Shown here: one piece after another, positions 23,551 through 36,284 of the stretch | Position numbering within the stretch: position 1 is the first letter of the stretch | Layout of the letters: each line of letters starts with the position of its first letter | NCBI GenBank assembly: GCA_028534125.1 | Contig: CM052818.1 | Coordinates: 32,984,001-33,048,000 of the forward strand | Reading direction: 5' to 3' | DNA length: 64,000 nucleotides | Source: Lama glama | Taxonomy: Eukaryota | The notes under the pieces: generated by a model | What the model was told of the DNA's origin: nothing | What the model saw: the letters and a program-made list of their open reading frames with translations, nothing else | Databases searched by the model: none | Program-made: the position numbers and the translations under genes

Positions 23551-26500
23551 AAAAGTGGTGGCCTAATGTGGGAACAAATGGTTACTATCTGCAGCTTCAT
23601 TAGCCTGATGCTTTGTTCCCAGCTGGGGCGAGGGGTGAACCCATGGGATACTCAGTGGGGCAATCCAGACATGAGAAGGAAGAAAGAGCAGGGCTGAGAT
23701 ACGCTCTTCACATATTCCTGGCTGGCGGGAAATCTGTGTGTGCGCTGGGAAGACCTGCAAGAGCCCCATATGAAGTTAAAATGAAGAGAAACTTGAGAAT
23801 TGGCTGCAACTCTGTGTTCATTCCCCACTCTACACGCAGACTAATTAGCAGAACCTTAGCCTTCTTCACGGGGCTGTTGTGAGAACAGGAAAGTGCTGGG
23901 TGAATAGTGGAGGCTCTACACAGGCTCGGGGTGACTTGTGTCCCTGCATGAAAGGAAGGCGCATGCCCTGGGCAGTGGGGAAGACAGTCAAGGCCAACAC
24001 ATGGAATTAAAGCCACTCTTCAGTGTATATTAAATTTGAGGGCTCTTTGGAAAGTGTAATACTCTCACAGCAACCCTAAAGGGTAAGCAGATGCAGGATT
24101 TATGATACCGTTGGCATGTTTACAGGCTCAGGGAGGCCAGGCGACTTCCACCATCTCACACAGACCACATTGGCAAGGGCGGGGTCCAGACTCGCACCGG
24201 CACTGCCATCCACTAACCAGTGAGCCGTCCTGGGGACCTGGGGGAGTGGGGGGTCCAAGCCAGCCAGGGTTCATCTACTGTACTGTTTTGGGCCATAAAC
24301 AGGTCTTTGGGGCTTTTTCTGTCCTTTCCTGCAGCAGCTCATCCCCAGTCACACCTCGGGCCTGTGGGATGCTGCTGTGGACCTATGAGCTGTCACTGCC
24401 CACGACTACCCGTGGGTGCTGTGTCAGAAACCACAGGGCATTTTGGGTGCTGCTCCTGCACCAGCGGTGCTCTGAGGAGCACAGGCTGTTAGGGTCCTTC
24501 CATCAGCATGGTGCTCGGTAGTCACATGGCACAGTCAGGGAAGGTGACCCCAAGGGCCAGAGAATCTTTCTGCGGTAGCTAGACTGACCTCTGTCTTAGA
24601 ATTCAAGAATGGCCGAGGTGGGTAGATCTTTGAGACCATCTTGTTTAATATCTCAGCAAACTAAGACCCAGAGAGGTTAGCAAACTCACCAAAGACCACT
24701 CAGCAAGTTACTAAAGGCCACATGTGAAACTCGAGCCTCCCTAACCTAGTCTGGCCTGCAAAGGCTTATGTTATATGTGCTGTTCTACAGCCTGAGTTCC
24801 CAACGTATGGAAATGTATTCCTTTCCCACATCTACAAGAACAGTATTTTCAGCTGCCCTTGCCCATCAGTCAATCCAGATTTATCATCAGGATATCAGAG
24901 AATGATGCAGGGTTAACACAATGACAACTTTTGGGTAGACACAACTGCTACTCTAATGAGATTATAAAAAAAATTAGTGATGATTTGGGAAGTCCCAAAC
25001 CACCATTCTTTAAATAGCCATGTCTTGTGCAGACAACCACGGGGAGACAGCTGTTACAGATTCCATTCCAGACAGAGACAAGTGCCCCCTCCTGTCTCCA
25101 TCTCTGATGCCCATCCAACTCCCGACATCATACATTTTGTACCCCAAGGGAGGGAAGAAGCTTCTAGGGAGCAGTGCTACCAGGAGGAAGCACATTCAAA
25201 GTTGCCTTGGGGTTTGGTCCTTGGCTCACTGCGTGACCTCAGACAAGAAATGCTTCTCTTTTAGATTATATTTTTGTCGATTTCCTCTTAGGGACAACTG
25301 AGGCAGAGCCAGGAAGGAACAACCCAAAGAATAGGGTCCCGTGGTGAACGTGACTGAGTGACACGTGGGCAGTAGCAGGTCAGAGACCTGACCCCTCCTC
25401 CATTAATCTCCATGATCACTCTAACTCCAGCTTTGTCTCAGCCACCATGGGCCAGAATTTAAAGGGGACCAGAGCCCCCCAAAGCTGGATGGGAGCAGAA
25501 GCAATGATTAGCCAGCTCCAACAGGAAGGGGATCGCAGGGAAATGTGTGGGGGCCTCACGTCTCCCCCATCAGGAAGGTCTCCTCCTGGAGGCAGCTGGG
25601 AGGTTCTGGCATGAAGAAGGGAGCATTGCCTGAGGACCACTGCTTCGCCCCGAGATGCAAGAATGCAAGAGGAACTTGATGCCTAACTCAGAAGAAAAGC
25701 ACTTGGCCTCTCCAGAGCCCAGCAAACTCCTTGCTGGGCCTCTTTCTTGGAGCCAGGCACACAGATTCACCAGCATGTTGCCTCTTTTGACTCAAGACCT
25801 TTGATATCTGAAGCCAGCAGGCTCATTCTGCCCAAAATACCCCTTGCACTAGGACATTTCCTCGCTGAAGAACCTCAATAGTTCCCACTTCCCACGACAG
25901 CAACTCCAAATTTTAGGCTTGCTACATGACCTTGAGCCGGTCACTTAACCTCCAGAGGGCTCAGTTTTTTAAAATGTAAAGTAAAAGGTTTGGATTAAAT
26001 CATGTTAGAAGTTTCTTCAAGCCAAAAGACCCCGTGATAATCTCTCTTGTTCTCATCTAGGGATTTCAAAATCCCACTTTACCCAAGTCATCACCTCCTA
26101 CAATACCACCCCTCACACCAGTCCAGCAGGCCTGCTCCCTGCTGCTCAACTCCGCCATGTTGAGCCCCGACTTTGCTTTTGGGTATGTTGTACCCCCATC
26201 TGCATGCCCTCCCTGTTCCTCCGGCTTTGTCTTAATCCCACACATCCTCTAGCGCTCAATCGAGTTTCACCTCCCACGTGAAACTTCTCCAGCCCACATT
26301 CATCTCCCAGTTCTCCGAATCCTGTTGCTTTTATTACAGCTACTTGCACCTATTTTGGTACTTAATTCTCCTCCAGTGATTTTATGCAGATCAGTTCTCT
26401 CTCCCCAGAGGGTTCTTCACATTTGGTTTATTATCTCCCAGCCAGGCTCAGCCCAACTCAGGTTCTTAGAAGGGTGCTCAGACAGTTAACTGACAGCAGC

Positions 26501-27314
26501 AAAAATGCAACTTGATGAAAATGATGATTGACAATAAAATCCTAAAAATCTACAAGGTGCAGATGACATCCCAGGAAAGCAGGGCTCCTGAGCCCCCAGA
26601 GAAAAATCCCCCTGTGCTTGCTGCTCAGAACAGGAATTTGGAGGCAAGTGTGTGAGCTGCAGCAGGGGTGGAGACAGGGTGGGGATTCAGGCATCTGACG
26701 CAGAGGAGAGTCTGACACCAGAGTTCCAGGGATGGAACTCTGCCAGCGGCTACACAGGTGACTCAAGCAAGTTCCCTGCCCGCACCCCCACCCCTCAGCC
26801 CCGTCCAGAACTGGAAGGACTTGGGCCACAAGAAGTTCATCAACACTGCTTTCTACTCTGATATGTGGAGAGAGTATTTCTAGAAGGCTGGACTGGCAAC
26901 CTCCAGGAAGGACTCTAGGCCCTTGTGAAATAAACCTCGACAAGCTTTCCTTGTTCTAATAATGAAAGAGGCATTCCTTTCTTTACACAATGGGTTTACC
27001 CGGTTCCCACCTTCGGTTTCGCAGTGACAGGCCTGGCATGGGTGCGTTACCAAGGCAAGAGTTTTCACTCACAGGCGTGACAGTCTCCCGGGGAACTTCT
27101 GACCCACGCCAGGAAAATGAAATTCTAGTAAAAGCTTGTATTTTATTAGATTCCTTGCCAACTTGCTTTAGCCAATTGTATTCTGAGATAGTGAGGTTTC
27201 AGTTTTCTAAACTGAAGCCTGTTTTCACCTGGCTTTTGTTGAGCCCATTTAAAAGCTCAAGCAAAAGCCCCCATTTTGGTTCTTTCCTCCCTTGGGCTCT
27301 ACTGTAATGCAAGG

Positions 27315-27460
27315 AGGTGGTGAAAGGCCCTGGCTCTCAACTCAGACTCAGGACTGAATTCTGGCTCCTATGCTTAATTAGCTGGATGAGCTTGGGCAAA
27401 AGTTATTTAACTTCTGAGTCTCAGTTTTCTTATCTGTAAAATGGGGAGAATAGTACATCC
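27315..27460 (+). mobile_element. MIR SINE fragment
   Basis: agctggatgagcttgggcaaaagttatttaacttctgagtctcagttttcttatctgtaaaatggggagaatagtac. Confidence 0.8.
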
Positions 27461-27529
27461 CTCTTAAAAGGAAGCTGTTCTATATGCTCAGTGTTTAGCA
27501 TGGGGCTTGGCTGTTCTAGGGAATCTCAC

Positions 27530-30500
27530 ACTATGAATTTAGTCTGAAGTGATCCTCAAATGGTAATGTCCCAAGTGCCTGGCACATGATGTTTATATAG
27601 TCTCTGAAGACAGGCATCTCCATTCTAAGCCTCAAAGAGTCTCATAAGTAATTTTTCAAGGAGCCAAAGCATCACACATTAAAAAAAAAAAAACCAAGCA
27701 CATAAACAAACAAGGTATCCAGGAGCAAGTATTAGCAGAAGAAAATAGAACAGAAATAGATCAAAGACTTTGGATCCTAAAATTATTTGGCAAAAATTAT
27801 AAAACTACTATGTTTAAAAAAAAGAGACAAATGAGGATATTTATAGGAACACAAAATTATTTTTAAAAGTAACAATGCAAATTTGGTAAAAAATGAAATG
27901 TAAATTAAATTTAAAAAATAAAACTAATTTTCAAAATCTTCAATGACTAGGTTTAATGGCAAATTAGACACAACTGGAAAAATGCACAAACTAGGATGTG
28001 TGTCATAATGAATTACTCAGAATGTAGTATAGAAAGACAAAAAGATGTAAAGTTGGAAGAGAGGCTAAGAGACATGGCACATAGTGAGAAAAACAAACAT
28101 TTAATCGACACTACAGAAAGAAAAGACAGAAATAATGGAGTAGGAGCAAATATTTCAAGAGATATTAGCCGGGAAATTTTTAAAACTGATAAATGATATT
28201 AAGCCACAGATTCAAGACACACTACAAATGCTGAGCAAGATTAACTCACAAAAGACTAAAGACTAAGTTACCCCTCCAACAACATGAAAAAGACATATAT
28301 ACACGGTTGTTTATGACAGCCTTACTTAAAATAACAAAATACTGGAAACAACTAAATGCCCACATTGGGAGACTGGTTGAATATACATGATACACAATGG
28401 AATAGCCTACAGTTGGAAAAAAATTAAAAGATCTCTGGACAGATATAGTGTAATTTTAGGATATGTTGTTAAATGAAAAAAAAATCAAGGTGCAAAAAAT
28501 GTTTACAGGAAATTATCTTTGTGTAAGAAGGAATTAAAAATAATAACATATATTTGCAAACGGAAACATAGGAAAGGTATGAAAATAATGAAATTGGTCA
28601 CCTACAGGGATGGGTGGAAATGGGATGGAAGGACTGGGGACGGGCATGGGCTTCTCCAAGTCCATCTTTTCATATAGTTTTGACTTTGGATCTATGTTAA
28701 TGTTTTACATATTCAAAAAATAAAGTAAAATCAACAAGAATGGGAGAAACTCTGTAACTGAATACAAACTACTTGTCAAATAGATAACATAACCATTCAG
28801 AGAGAACAAAGGCAAAAGAATTAATCCAAGTGACTTCGAACAAAGTATTTTGATTATACATCCTGAGGGGAATATATTCTAAAGACAAAAAAAAAAAAAC
28901 AGCAAAGAAATTTTGAACTTCATTTGTTTGTGGTGGTGGTATTAATTATTATTAATAATTTATTGTTGTACTACTTGCAGGATTGTGTTATACATATTGT
29001 AGGATTCAGCAAATGAATAAATTTATCAATGTTTTTGTAACCCTGGTATGCACTGTAGGATAAAGACAATACAAATCAGAAATAGGAGAAGAAGATAAAA
29101 TCTTAATTCTAACTGTATAAATTCATCTTTTTAAAAAGAAAACTGTATTTCTTGGCTATGTCCACTGAGAGAGCTTAGACATGATGACACGTTAGCAGCA
29201 AAGAACACCCCTAGCACCCGCATCTTGGTTTCTAAATAAAATCCCCTATCAATTACCACTTTAAAGATATTGCTAACTGTACGGCTAGGGTAGGGAAAAA
29301 TAGATTAGCCTGGAATTACTTGTTCCAATAAGTTAGAAAAGTGCTTAAAAATTGATGAGGAAACAGAGTCATCTTGAAGGGGATGCTACTGGCCAAATTG
29401 GTAAAAAGTCGAGCATCAAAATTAATAATGAGAGCACTGGATTATGACATACTGATTGATAAAAACCCCCGTAAGTCCATTTAGGTTTTATCTTTCTAAT
29501 ATAAAAAAGAATGGGAAGAGAAGGGAATATTTTTATGGAGGAACACCAACTAACAATAGTAGAAGGAATGACAGACATTTAAAAATCACCATTCTATGTT
29601 CACTATGGTAATAATTCAGGCAAGAATCATCAGTAGATGCTAAAGCCATCGGGTACAAGAATAGTCACATGGTATCACAGTATCTCCCTACACATACTTA
29701 TAAATCACATGGACAAAGGTACTTTTATGAGGGAGAAATTTGGCAGACACTGCCTTAAGCAAATTATCAAATTTAATACCACTAATTCAAATATTTGCTA
29801 ATATTTGCTAATATCACCTGTATCCCCAAATGTGGCAAATCAAGGACACAGTACAATCTTCTTTGCCTGAAGAGCTTTATCTGATTCTAGTAATGGAGAA
29901 ACAGTTTGGACAAATCCAAACTGAAATGCACACCAAAAAAGCCAGCTTCAGTTTTTCAAGGACATAGGATAAAGAAAAAAAGAAAAAAGTCTAAAGAACC
30001 ATTTAGATTAAAAGGGGTTAATGAGGCAGCACAAGCAAACGCAATGTGTGGTCGTTGGTGACTCTAACAAGCTACAGCTGAAAAAATGAACAAAAGAATG
30101 AAGTCAATGAATTTAATTCACCACATTAGCAGGTTAAAGGAGTAAATGAGGCAATCATCTCAGTAAGTGCAGAGAAAGTATTAGATAAAATTCAACTCCC
30201 ACTCATGATTTTTTTTTTAAAACCTCTTCGCAAATTAGGAATAAAAGAGAACCTTCCTAGTGTCATAAAGAGTATGTACAGAAAAGCCCACTCTTACTGA
30301 AGAAACACTCAACACTTTCCTTTTGAACTTGGGAATAAAGTAAGAATGTCTCCAACCACCACTTCCATGAAAAATTGTAGGGGAGGGACCAGCCAGCATG
30401 TGAGGAAAAGAAAGAAAAGGTACACAGGTTGAAAAGAGAGCAACCAAATTCTCATTCTTGGCAGATTATGTGTCCAGAAAATCCAAGAGGATATACAGAT

Positions 30501-31950
30501 AACTTATTCAAATGTATAAGTTTAATTGGTTCAAAATTTTAAAAAATTTATTTCTATAGACCAACAACATTTTCAAAATAACAACTTAACATTCCATTTC
30601 TCCGACAACAAAAATATTATATAGCTAAGAATAAATGTAACAAAATATATGCAAGGCCTCAGAGAAAACTATAAACTCTATCTTCCCCGACTTGATTCAT
30701 AGAATTAAAAGCAATTTCTATCAAAAGCTCAACAGGTTTTTGGGGGGAGTAGAAATTGACAAGTAGTAAAATTTATATGGAAGTTCAAAGCCAAGTCATT
30801 TCTCAAGAAAAACAAAACAGAAAGACTTGTTTTTCCCCAAATAATAAAACTTACTCTAAAGCTATAGAATTAAGACAACGCAATTTTGGCACAGGGATAA
30901 GCAGAGGGACTAATAAAGCAGAATGGAGTTTTAAAACAGATGCAAGCCCATATGAATCCTCTATATACGAAAAGAGGAGGCCCTTCAGAGCGGTGAGGAA
31001 GCAACTGACTTTTAATAAATGGTGCTGAGGCAACCAGGTATCTGCATGAAAAAACATCAGATTGGGCCCTCCTCTTACACTAGTCACAAAAATCAGTCCC
31101 AGATGTCTTTACAAAGAACCAAGTGAGAAAAGCAAATGTGTAGTTTTTAGGAGGAAATATAGGATAACATCTCCTGCCTTGGGATCCTGAAGATAAGGTC
31201 TTAAAGTAGACATAAAGAGCTCAAAGCAGAAAAGGTTAAAAACTTTTAGAAATGGAGAGACTAGAGAGAGACAATGGCCAGACCAGAGAGGACACTAGAA
31301 CTCTGACCCACAGGAGTAGGCAGGCAAGGAAGCCCCCCCCGCCACCCCTGCTCCCTGTGGCAATCAGCCTGGAACAGTCAGGACTGCAGCTCCCCTGTTT
31401 TTTTCCCCTGCTTCCAACTCAGGACCAACCAGAGAAAGCCAAGTATCTTCCCCAAACGAATCACCTAAGATGCCTCATTTCTAGTTAGCCGCCTTCAGCT
31501 AGCTTCCCATAGCAACAGGCGCCAATCACAGCACCCCGACCCCAAGCCTTCCTGCTTTTCACCATCAAGCTTTCCCACTCTCCTACCTGCCTTGGAGTCT
31601 CTGCCAAATGCAAGTGATGGTGGCTGCCTCCCTCGCTATAGCAGCCTCTGAATAATCAGCCTCCATTTGTTCCACCTGGGCGGTCTCCATTTCTTCCCCG
31701 CCCCCAAATTAAGACTCTTGCTCGCTTAAAGTCTCCATAAAGAGAGTGGAGAGACAAGCTTCAGAACAGAGGATATCTGTTGGTTATACCAACAAAACTG
31801 AAAAGCTCCTTAAAAAAAAATCAGTGGGAAAAAGGACAAACCATAGAAAAAATGGGTAACACACTTGAACGTGCACTTCATAAAAGAGGAATTCAAATGG
31901 TCAATAAACACAGAAGTTCCTAAGCCTCATGAGTAATCAGGAAGATGCAA
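27530..31950 (+). mobile_element. cluster of ancient L1 fragments (ORF1-like ~27540-28250; L1MC/MD-like 3' parts ~28290-30060; ORF2 ~30090-31240 and ~31705-31950)
   Basis: A-rich plus strand; ccacagattcaaga (ORF1); tggaaacaactaaatgccc; gcagagaaagtattagataaaattcaa; tttaataaatggtgctg; acttgaacgtgcacttcataaaagagg. Confidence 0.75.
31253..31702 (+). mobile_element. MER77-like solo LTR inserted within the L1
   Basis: gagagact...gacaatggccagacc...agaactctgacccaca...caggaccaaccagagaaagccaa...aagctttcccactctcct...gagtctctgccaaatgcaagtgatggtggctg...gctatagc...ctctgaataa. Confidence 0.75.
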
Positions 31951-32464
31951 TCCCCCACAGTAAGCAGAGCAGGTGTGGCCTTCCCCCTCCACCTTGCACC
32001 CCACCCAGAGACTCAGCGAGGGTGACTGACAGGCCCTAGGTAAGCAGCAGAAGTAGCACTTGGACCCCAGTCAGCCCCCGGGTCTCTGTCCCCACCTCCT
32101 CCTTTCCCTCTAGGGGCTGCAGGGCAAGTCCTTTCTAACTCTGGGCCCAGGCCTCTCAGGTGGAGAGAATAAAAAAATTACTGAGGCCCTTTTCAGTTTA
32201 AGATATTCTGCCTTTCTGAACGAATGGAGGAAGGAAGAGCCAGGGGTCGGGAGAAGAGGGGCAGAGGCACAGTCTTCTAACCACTAGCTCAGGAGAAACC
32301 CAAAGCCCTGGCTGGTCACTCACTCACTTCAGTCAGGGTCAGTAGCACTGAAGAACGTGCGCAATCCTTTAGAATTTAGCATCCTGAAATCTGCTTTCCT
32401 GTGTCCTTTTAGCAAAAGCAAACAGCCCACCTAATGATCGACATGTGCTTATCACTCGTAGTAT

Positions 32465-32580
32465 TTCCATTTTAAGAATCAAGGTCCATGGAGGTAGAAC
32501 TTGCCCAAGGCCACACAGCACAGAGAACTAGAACCCGGGTCTTTGTGACTCCTGCACCCAGGGTTTGCTTCTCCACCACA
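32465..32580 (-). mobile_element. MIR SINE fragment
   Basis: aacttgcccaaggccacacagc...actagaacccgggtctttgtgactcc. Confidence 0.65.
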
Positions 32581-32777
32581 TGGCTGTTGCCCATCTGCGC
32601 TTCTCACCTGTCCCGACACCCGCCTCTCACCCCACAGCTTTGGGCACTTAAGCCTCAGCATTCCAGCCCGCTTGGGGCTCACCGGTGCCTTCTGAAAAGG
32701 ACACACTTCTCTCCCAAGCTCCATGGGACACCAGCAGGGTTGATTCACTGGTCCAGTGAATCAAAAAGCAGACTCAC

Positions 32778-32832
32778 CTTGCCCCAGAAGCAGCAGCAGC
32801 CCCAGAAGGAAGGTGCGCGGCTGCAGCCCCAT
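32778..32832 (-). CDS. PLB1: PLB1 coding exon 1 (55 nt; start codon, signal peptide MGLQPRTFLLGLLLLLGQG)
   Basis: ATG in strong Kozak context (ggcATGG); hydrophobic leucine run; donor AAG|gtgagt; ends in phase 1. Confidence 0.96.
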
Positions 32833-33010
32833 GCCACAACGCACCAGGCGCCTTGCGTCTTGGGTGAACCTTTTCCGCAGATGACAGGCTATCACTCTTC
32901 CTCTGGTTTTATGCTCCTGTGTTGTCTGATAGGGTGCCTGTCATAAATTTTACTGTGTTCACCTTTGAAAGAGGGCAGTGGCCAGCTGTAAATGATAAAT
33001 ATTAACATTT
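32833..33010 (-). promoter_or_regulatory. PLB1 5'UTR and proximal promoter (TATA-like/CDX, GATA, HNF1-like, TCF/LEF-like motifs)
   Basis: Lies immediately 5' of the start codon. Motifs: CATAAAA (minus, 32907-32913), GATA cores (32889-32894, 32927-32932, 32993-32998), CATAAA (32942-32947), CCTTTGAA (32962-32969), GTTAATATTTATC (minus, 32994-33006). No upstream ATG between the CATAAAA and the start codon. The TSS itself is not determinable. Confidence 0.6.
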
Positions 33011-35109
33011 AGGCAGATTTCTCAAGGTAGATAGGTCAAAGACGGATGGTATGTTCTAGACGAAGGTACCAGAAGACCCGTGTTGGGACTGGAAATCGCA
33101 GACACTGAGCTGGAATCACAGGTCCGTCACAGCTGTGAGAGCTTGGGTGCGCCCCTTTGCTTAGCCTCAGCTTTTCTGCTGTAAGCTATGGAAATAAAAG
33201 CCATTAAAATAATAAAAGTGAAAGTACTTTCTAATAACTGTAAACCAGTATGCCACCGCCAAACGTGAGCTCTCTTGCCTTCAAATGTGTTCCCGCAGTG
33301 TCTCCGGAGCGCCGCTGGGTTCCCTGGTCTGCATGGAGCAGAGAGGTTTTCTCTGACAGCGCCCCCAGAGCCATGGGTGGCTGGGACTGTTGGGCTGATG
33401 TGTGTGCCACACATATATCGTCTGCATGTTGAACTGACCGATACAAGCCAGAGAGGTGAGCCGTGGAACTCATCTGATAGTATCAGCTATTTTCTAGGGG
33501 CAAACTAAGACTGCTGGGCTGGGGCTAACCTGGGCAGACAGAACTGGAGTTTAAAGCCTGGGTGACCAAATATCCTTGAGGGCGAAATTGAAGTTTCTTC
33601 CTGCAATTGTCAAGGAACAGTTGCTTTCGGTTAATACAACAAATATATTGAAATCATCCTTGCGTTTTGGCCATCCTTATGGCAGCAGGACAGAGAAACT
33701 AGCTTCTGAGATCTAGCTAGGAGTCTGGGGCTGGTTTCTATTACCCAACCTCAGATCTTGCTCTGCTGACATTCTTCTCAATTGTTTAAAATTACACTTA
33801 TAGCTGGGTTGTCTTAAGTATAAACTGAAGGGGAAAAGGGTGGCCCTTTGTTCCCGGCTCCCTGATATGAATGTTGTCTCCCTTTCTCATCTGCTCAGAA
33901 AAACGTGACTTGCCGGTGACCACTGATTTAGCTATGCCAAAGGTGCCGCCTCAGGGCTGCACAGAGGCCTCAGGTCACACCAGGAGTGTGGAGGCGCTGA
34001 CACAGCCAGCCCAGCTGGCCATCGGCTGGGCCTGGAGCCTGTCAGGGAGTGGCTCACACAGAAGGAAGAAGAAATAAACCTGAAGGCAAGTCTCCAGGGG
34101 CCCCTTAGGCATAGATGCTTCTGTTATCTTCATTGAACTGCTCACAAGCTCAACAGGAGACCCAAAGCTGCTGTCTCCCTTTAAGGATGTTAAGATTGCA
34201 CCTAGCTCTAGGCCACCAGCAGCTTGAGGGAGCAGTCCTGAACCTACTTGGACTGAATGAGTGTTGACAGGTCCCCACTCATGCTCAGGCCAGTTGGAGG
34301 TAGGGGTGGGAAGTGTGGGCAGAAATAGCCTGGCTCTGTGATCCATGTATTCACCTCTGTCTTTCTGCTTTTCTGCAAGACCATCATGGCCCAACCGGAC
34401 TGGCACACATACCAATCTCTAACCTCTTTTCCATTTAGAGAAACTGAGAAATGACTTAAAAACATCTTTAACCTATGTGAGGCAGTTATATATAGTACAG
34501 ACTTAATTCCCTCTTAGATAAAGAAAAATCTTTGAGTTCTGACGATGTATCAAAGAATTCTCAGCAACTGAGGCAGCAGGAGCACATTTCTTGGGCACAC
34601 TTGTCAGCCTCTGTGATGTGCTCTTTCCATGTGTTAGCTTACTTAGCACCTATTACCCGTGTGATCTGTTAGCAGCTGTGAAGACAAGGGACAAAGGACT
34701 CATCAAAAGCCAGAGACAAGCTCCAAAACTTTATAAACTTTTGTTCTCTGATTTTTGCTACTAAAATGTCCTAAGAGAACATGTCCTAGAGAAGGGAAGA
34801 TGCTCCATTTCAGATTTTAGCAAACATTAGCAGATGTTCCTTTTGGGAAAGGCACAGGCCCATGAATTCAAATCTTTTTTAGGGACAGCAGTCCACACCT
34901 TGGTCAGAAGGCTGGTGACTGAAGAAGTTGAGTGTTTACTGTTGTCCAAGAATCCACAAGGGGGTGCTAGACCAAGCCTCGGCCCCAGAGCCTCTGTGGA
35001 TTAAAGCAACACTGGCCTCAGAAGAATACTTTTCAAATTGAGGGTCACAACCTATTATTACTCCATAAATTTAATTTGGTGGATGATCAGCCCATTAAAA
35101 AAACTGAAT

Positions 35110-35697
35110 GGAGGAAGGGCTTCAAGATAGCAGAATAGAAGGACACAGAGCTCACCCTCTCCAATGAACACATCAAAAATACAGTGAAGGAGGCCAGAAG
35201 GAGAAAGAAAAATGCCATATGATGTCGCTTATATGTCAGATCTAAAAAAAGGACACAAATGAACTTACCTACCCAACAGAAACAGACTCACAGACAGAAC
35301 AAACTTATGGTTACCATGGGTTAAAGGGGATGGAAAGGGATAAATTGGGAATTCAAAAACTGCACCTCTTGGAGAGTGATGGAAATGTTAGCTATCTTGA
35401 TTGAGGAGGTAGTTCCATGGGTGTATACATTTATCAAAATTCAACAAATTATACATTTGAAATATGTGTAGTTTACTGTACCATGCCACAATAAAGGTGT
35501 TAAAAAAATACATCTTCATGTGAAACAATTCTCACAGAATACCTACTGAACTTTGACAGAAGATTTTTGTATAACTGGAAGTACAAGGAAAATGAAACCT
35601 TGTTTCATGAAACCAGACCCACAAGGCCCTACTGTATAGCACAGGGAGCTACATTCAATACCATTTAGTAGTCTATAATGAAAAATAACATGAAAAG
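35110..35697 (+). mobile_element. composite L1: 5'UTR start interrupted by a nested L1 3' insertion, followed by an L1 3'-end piece
   Basis: ttcaagatagcag...catcaaaaataca | insert | aaaaatacatcttcatgtgaaacaattctcacagaatacctactgaac; later caaggccctactgtatagcacaggga. Confidence 0.75.
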
Positions 35698-36284
35698 TAC
35701 CTACTGGCCTTCACCATGGTGACCTTACATCACTCACTCCTGCATGCAAAGACAGGGCCTTTCTCTTCCTGCCATCTTGGCACCTCCAAACCCCTCCCCA
35801 CCATGGCACTTAGGGTGGTGTCCTGCATATACAAGGCCCTCAACAAGTCTTCATTCATTGGTTGAATATTCTCAAGGGGCAAAGAGACAACTGGTTTAAC
35901 CAGGCCAGTGTTCTCCAAAACCATTCCCAGTCACAGATGTAAAAGGAGGCTTGGTTTAGGACTCTCCTAACCCAAATGTTATCCAGATGCCAGTGTTCCT
36001 GAGTATACAGGATGCAAGATCTGCAGGCACACATGTGCAAAACATTGTCCAATCTGAGTAACTAAGCAGATTTAGCTTCCTGAGGGCAAGTGATTTTCTT
36101 ATAATCAATATACTAAAGATAAGAAGAGCTTAGTTAAGGAGTGAAAAAGTAAGAGACAAAATGAAGAAGTGACCAGGAAAGTATGTCTAGAAAAAATATG
36201 ATTTTCAAATATCACAGCCTTATTAATAAAAAGAGAAAGAAGGACAGGGAAAACCCCAGTAGACCATACACTCGATGAAACCCG

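Larger units (their letters stand above)
1..32832 (-). other. PLB1: PLB1 gene span (5' portion: coding exons 1-12, continues beyond window start)
   Basis: The spliced exons translate without a stop: [259 protein letters not shown]. This is colinear with the human PLB1 N-terminus as I recall it. Confidence 0.97.
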
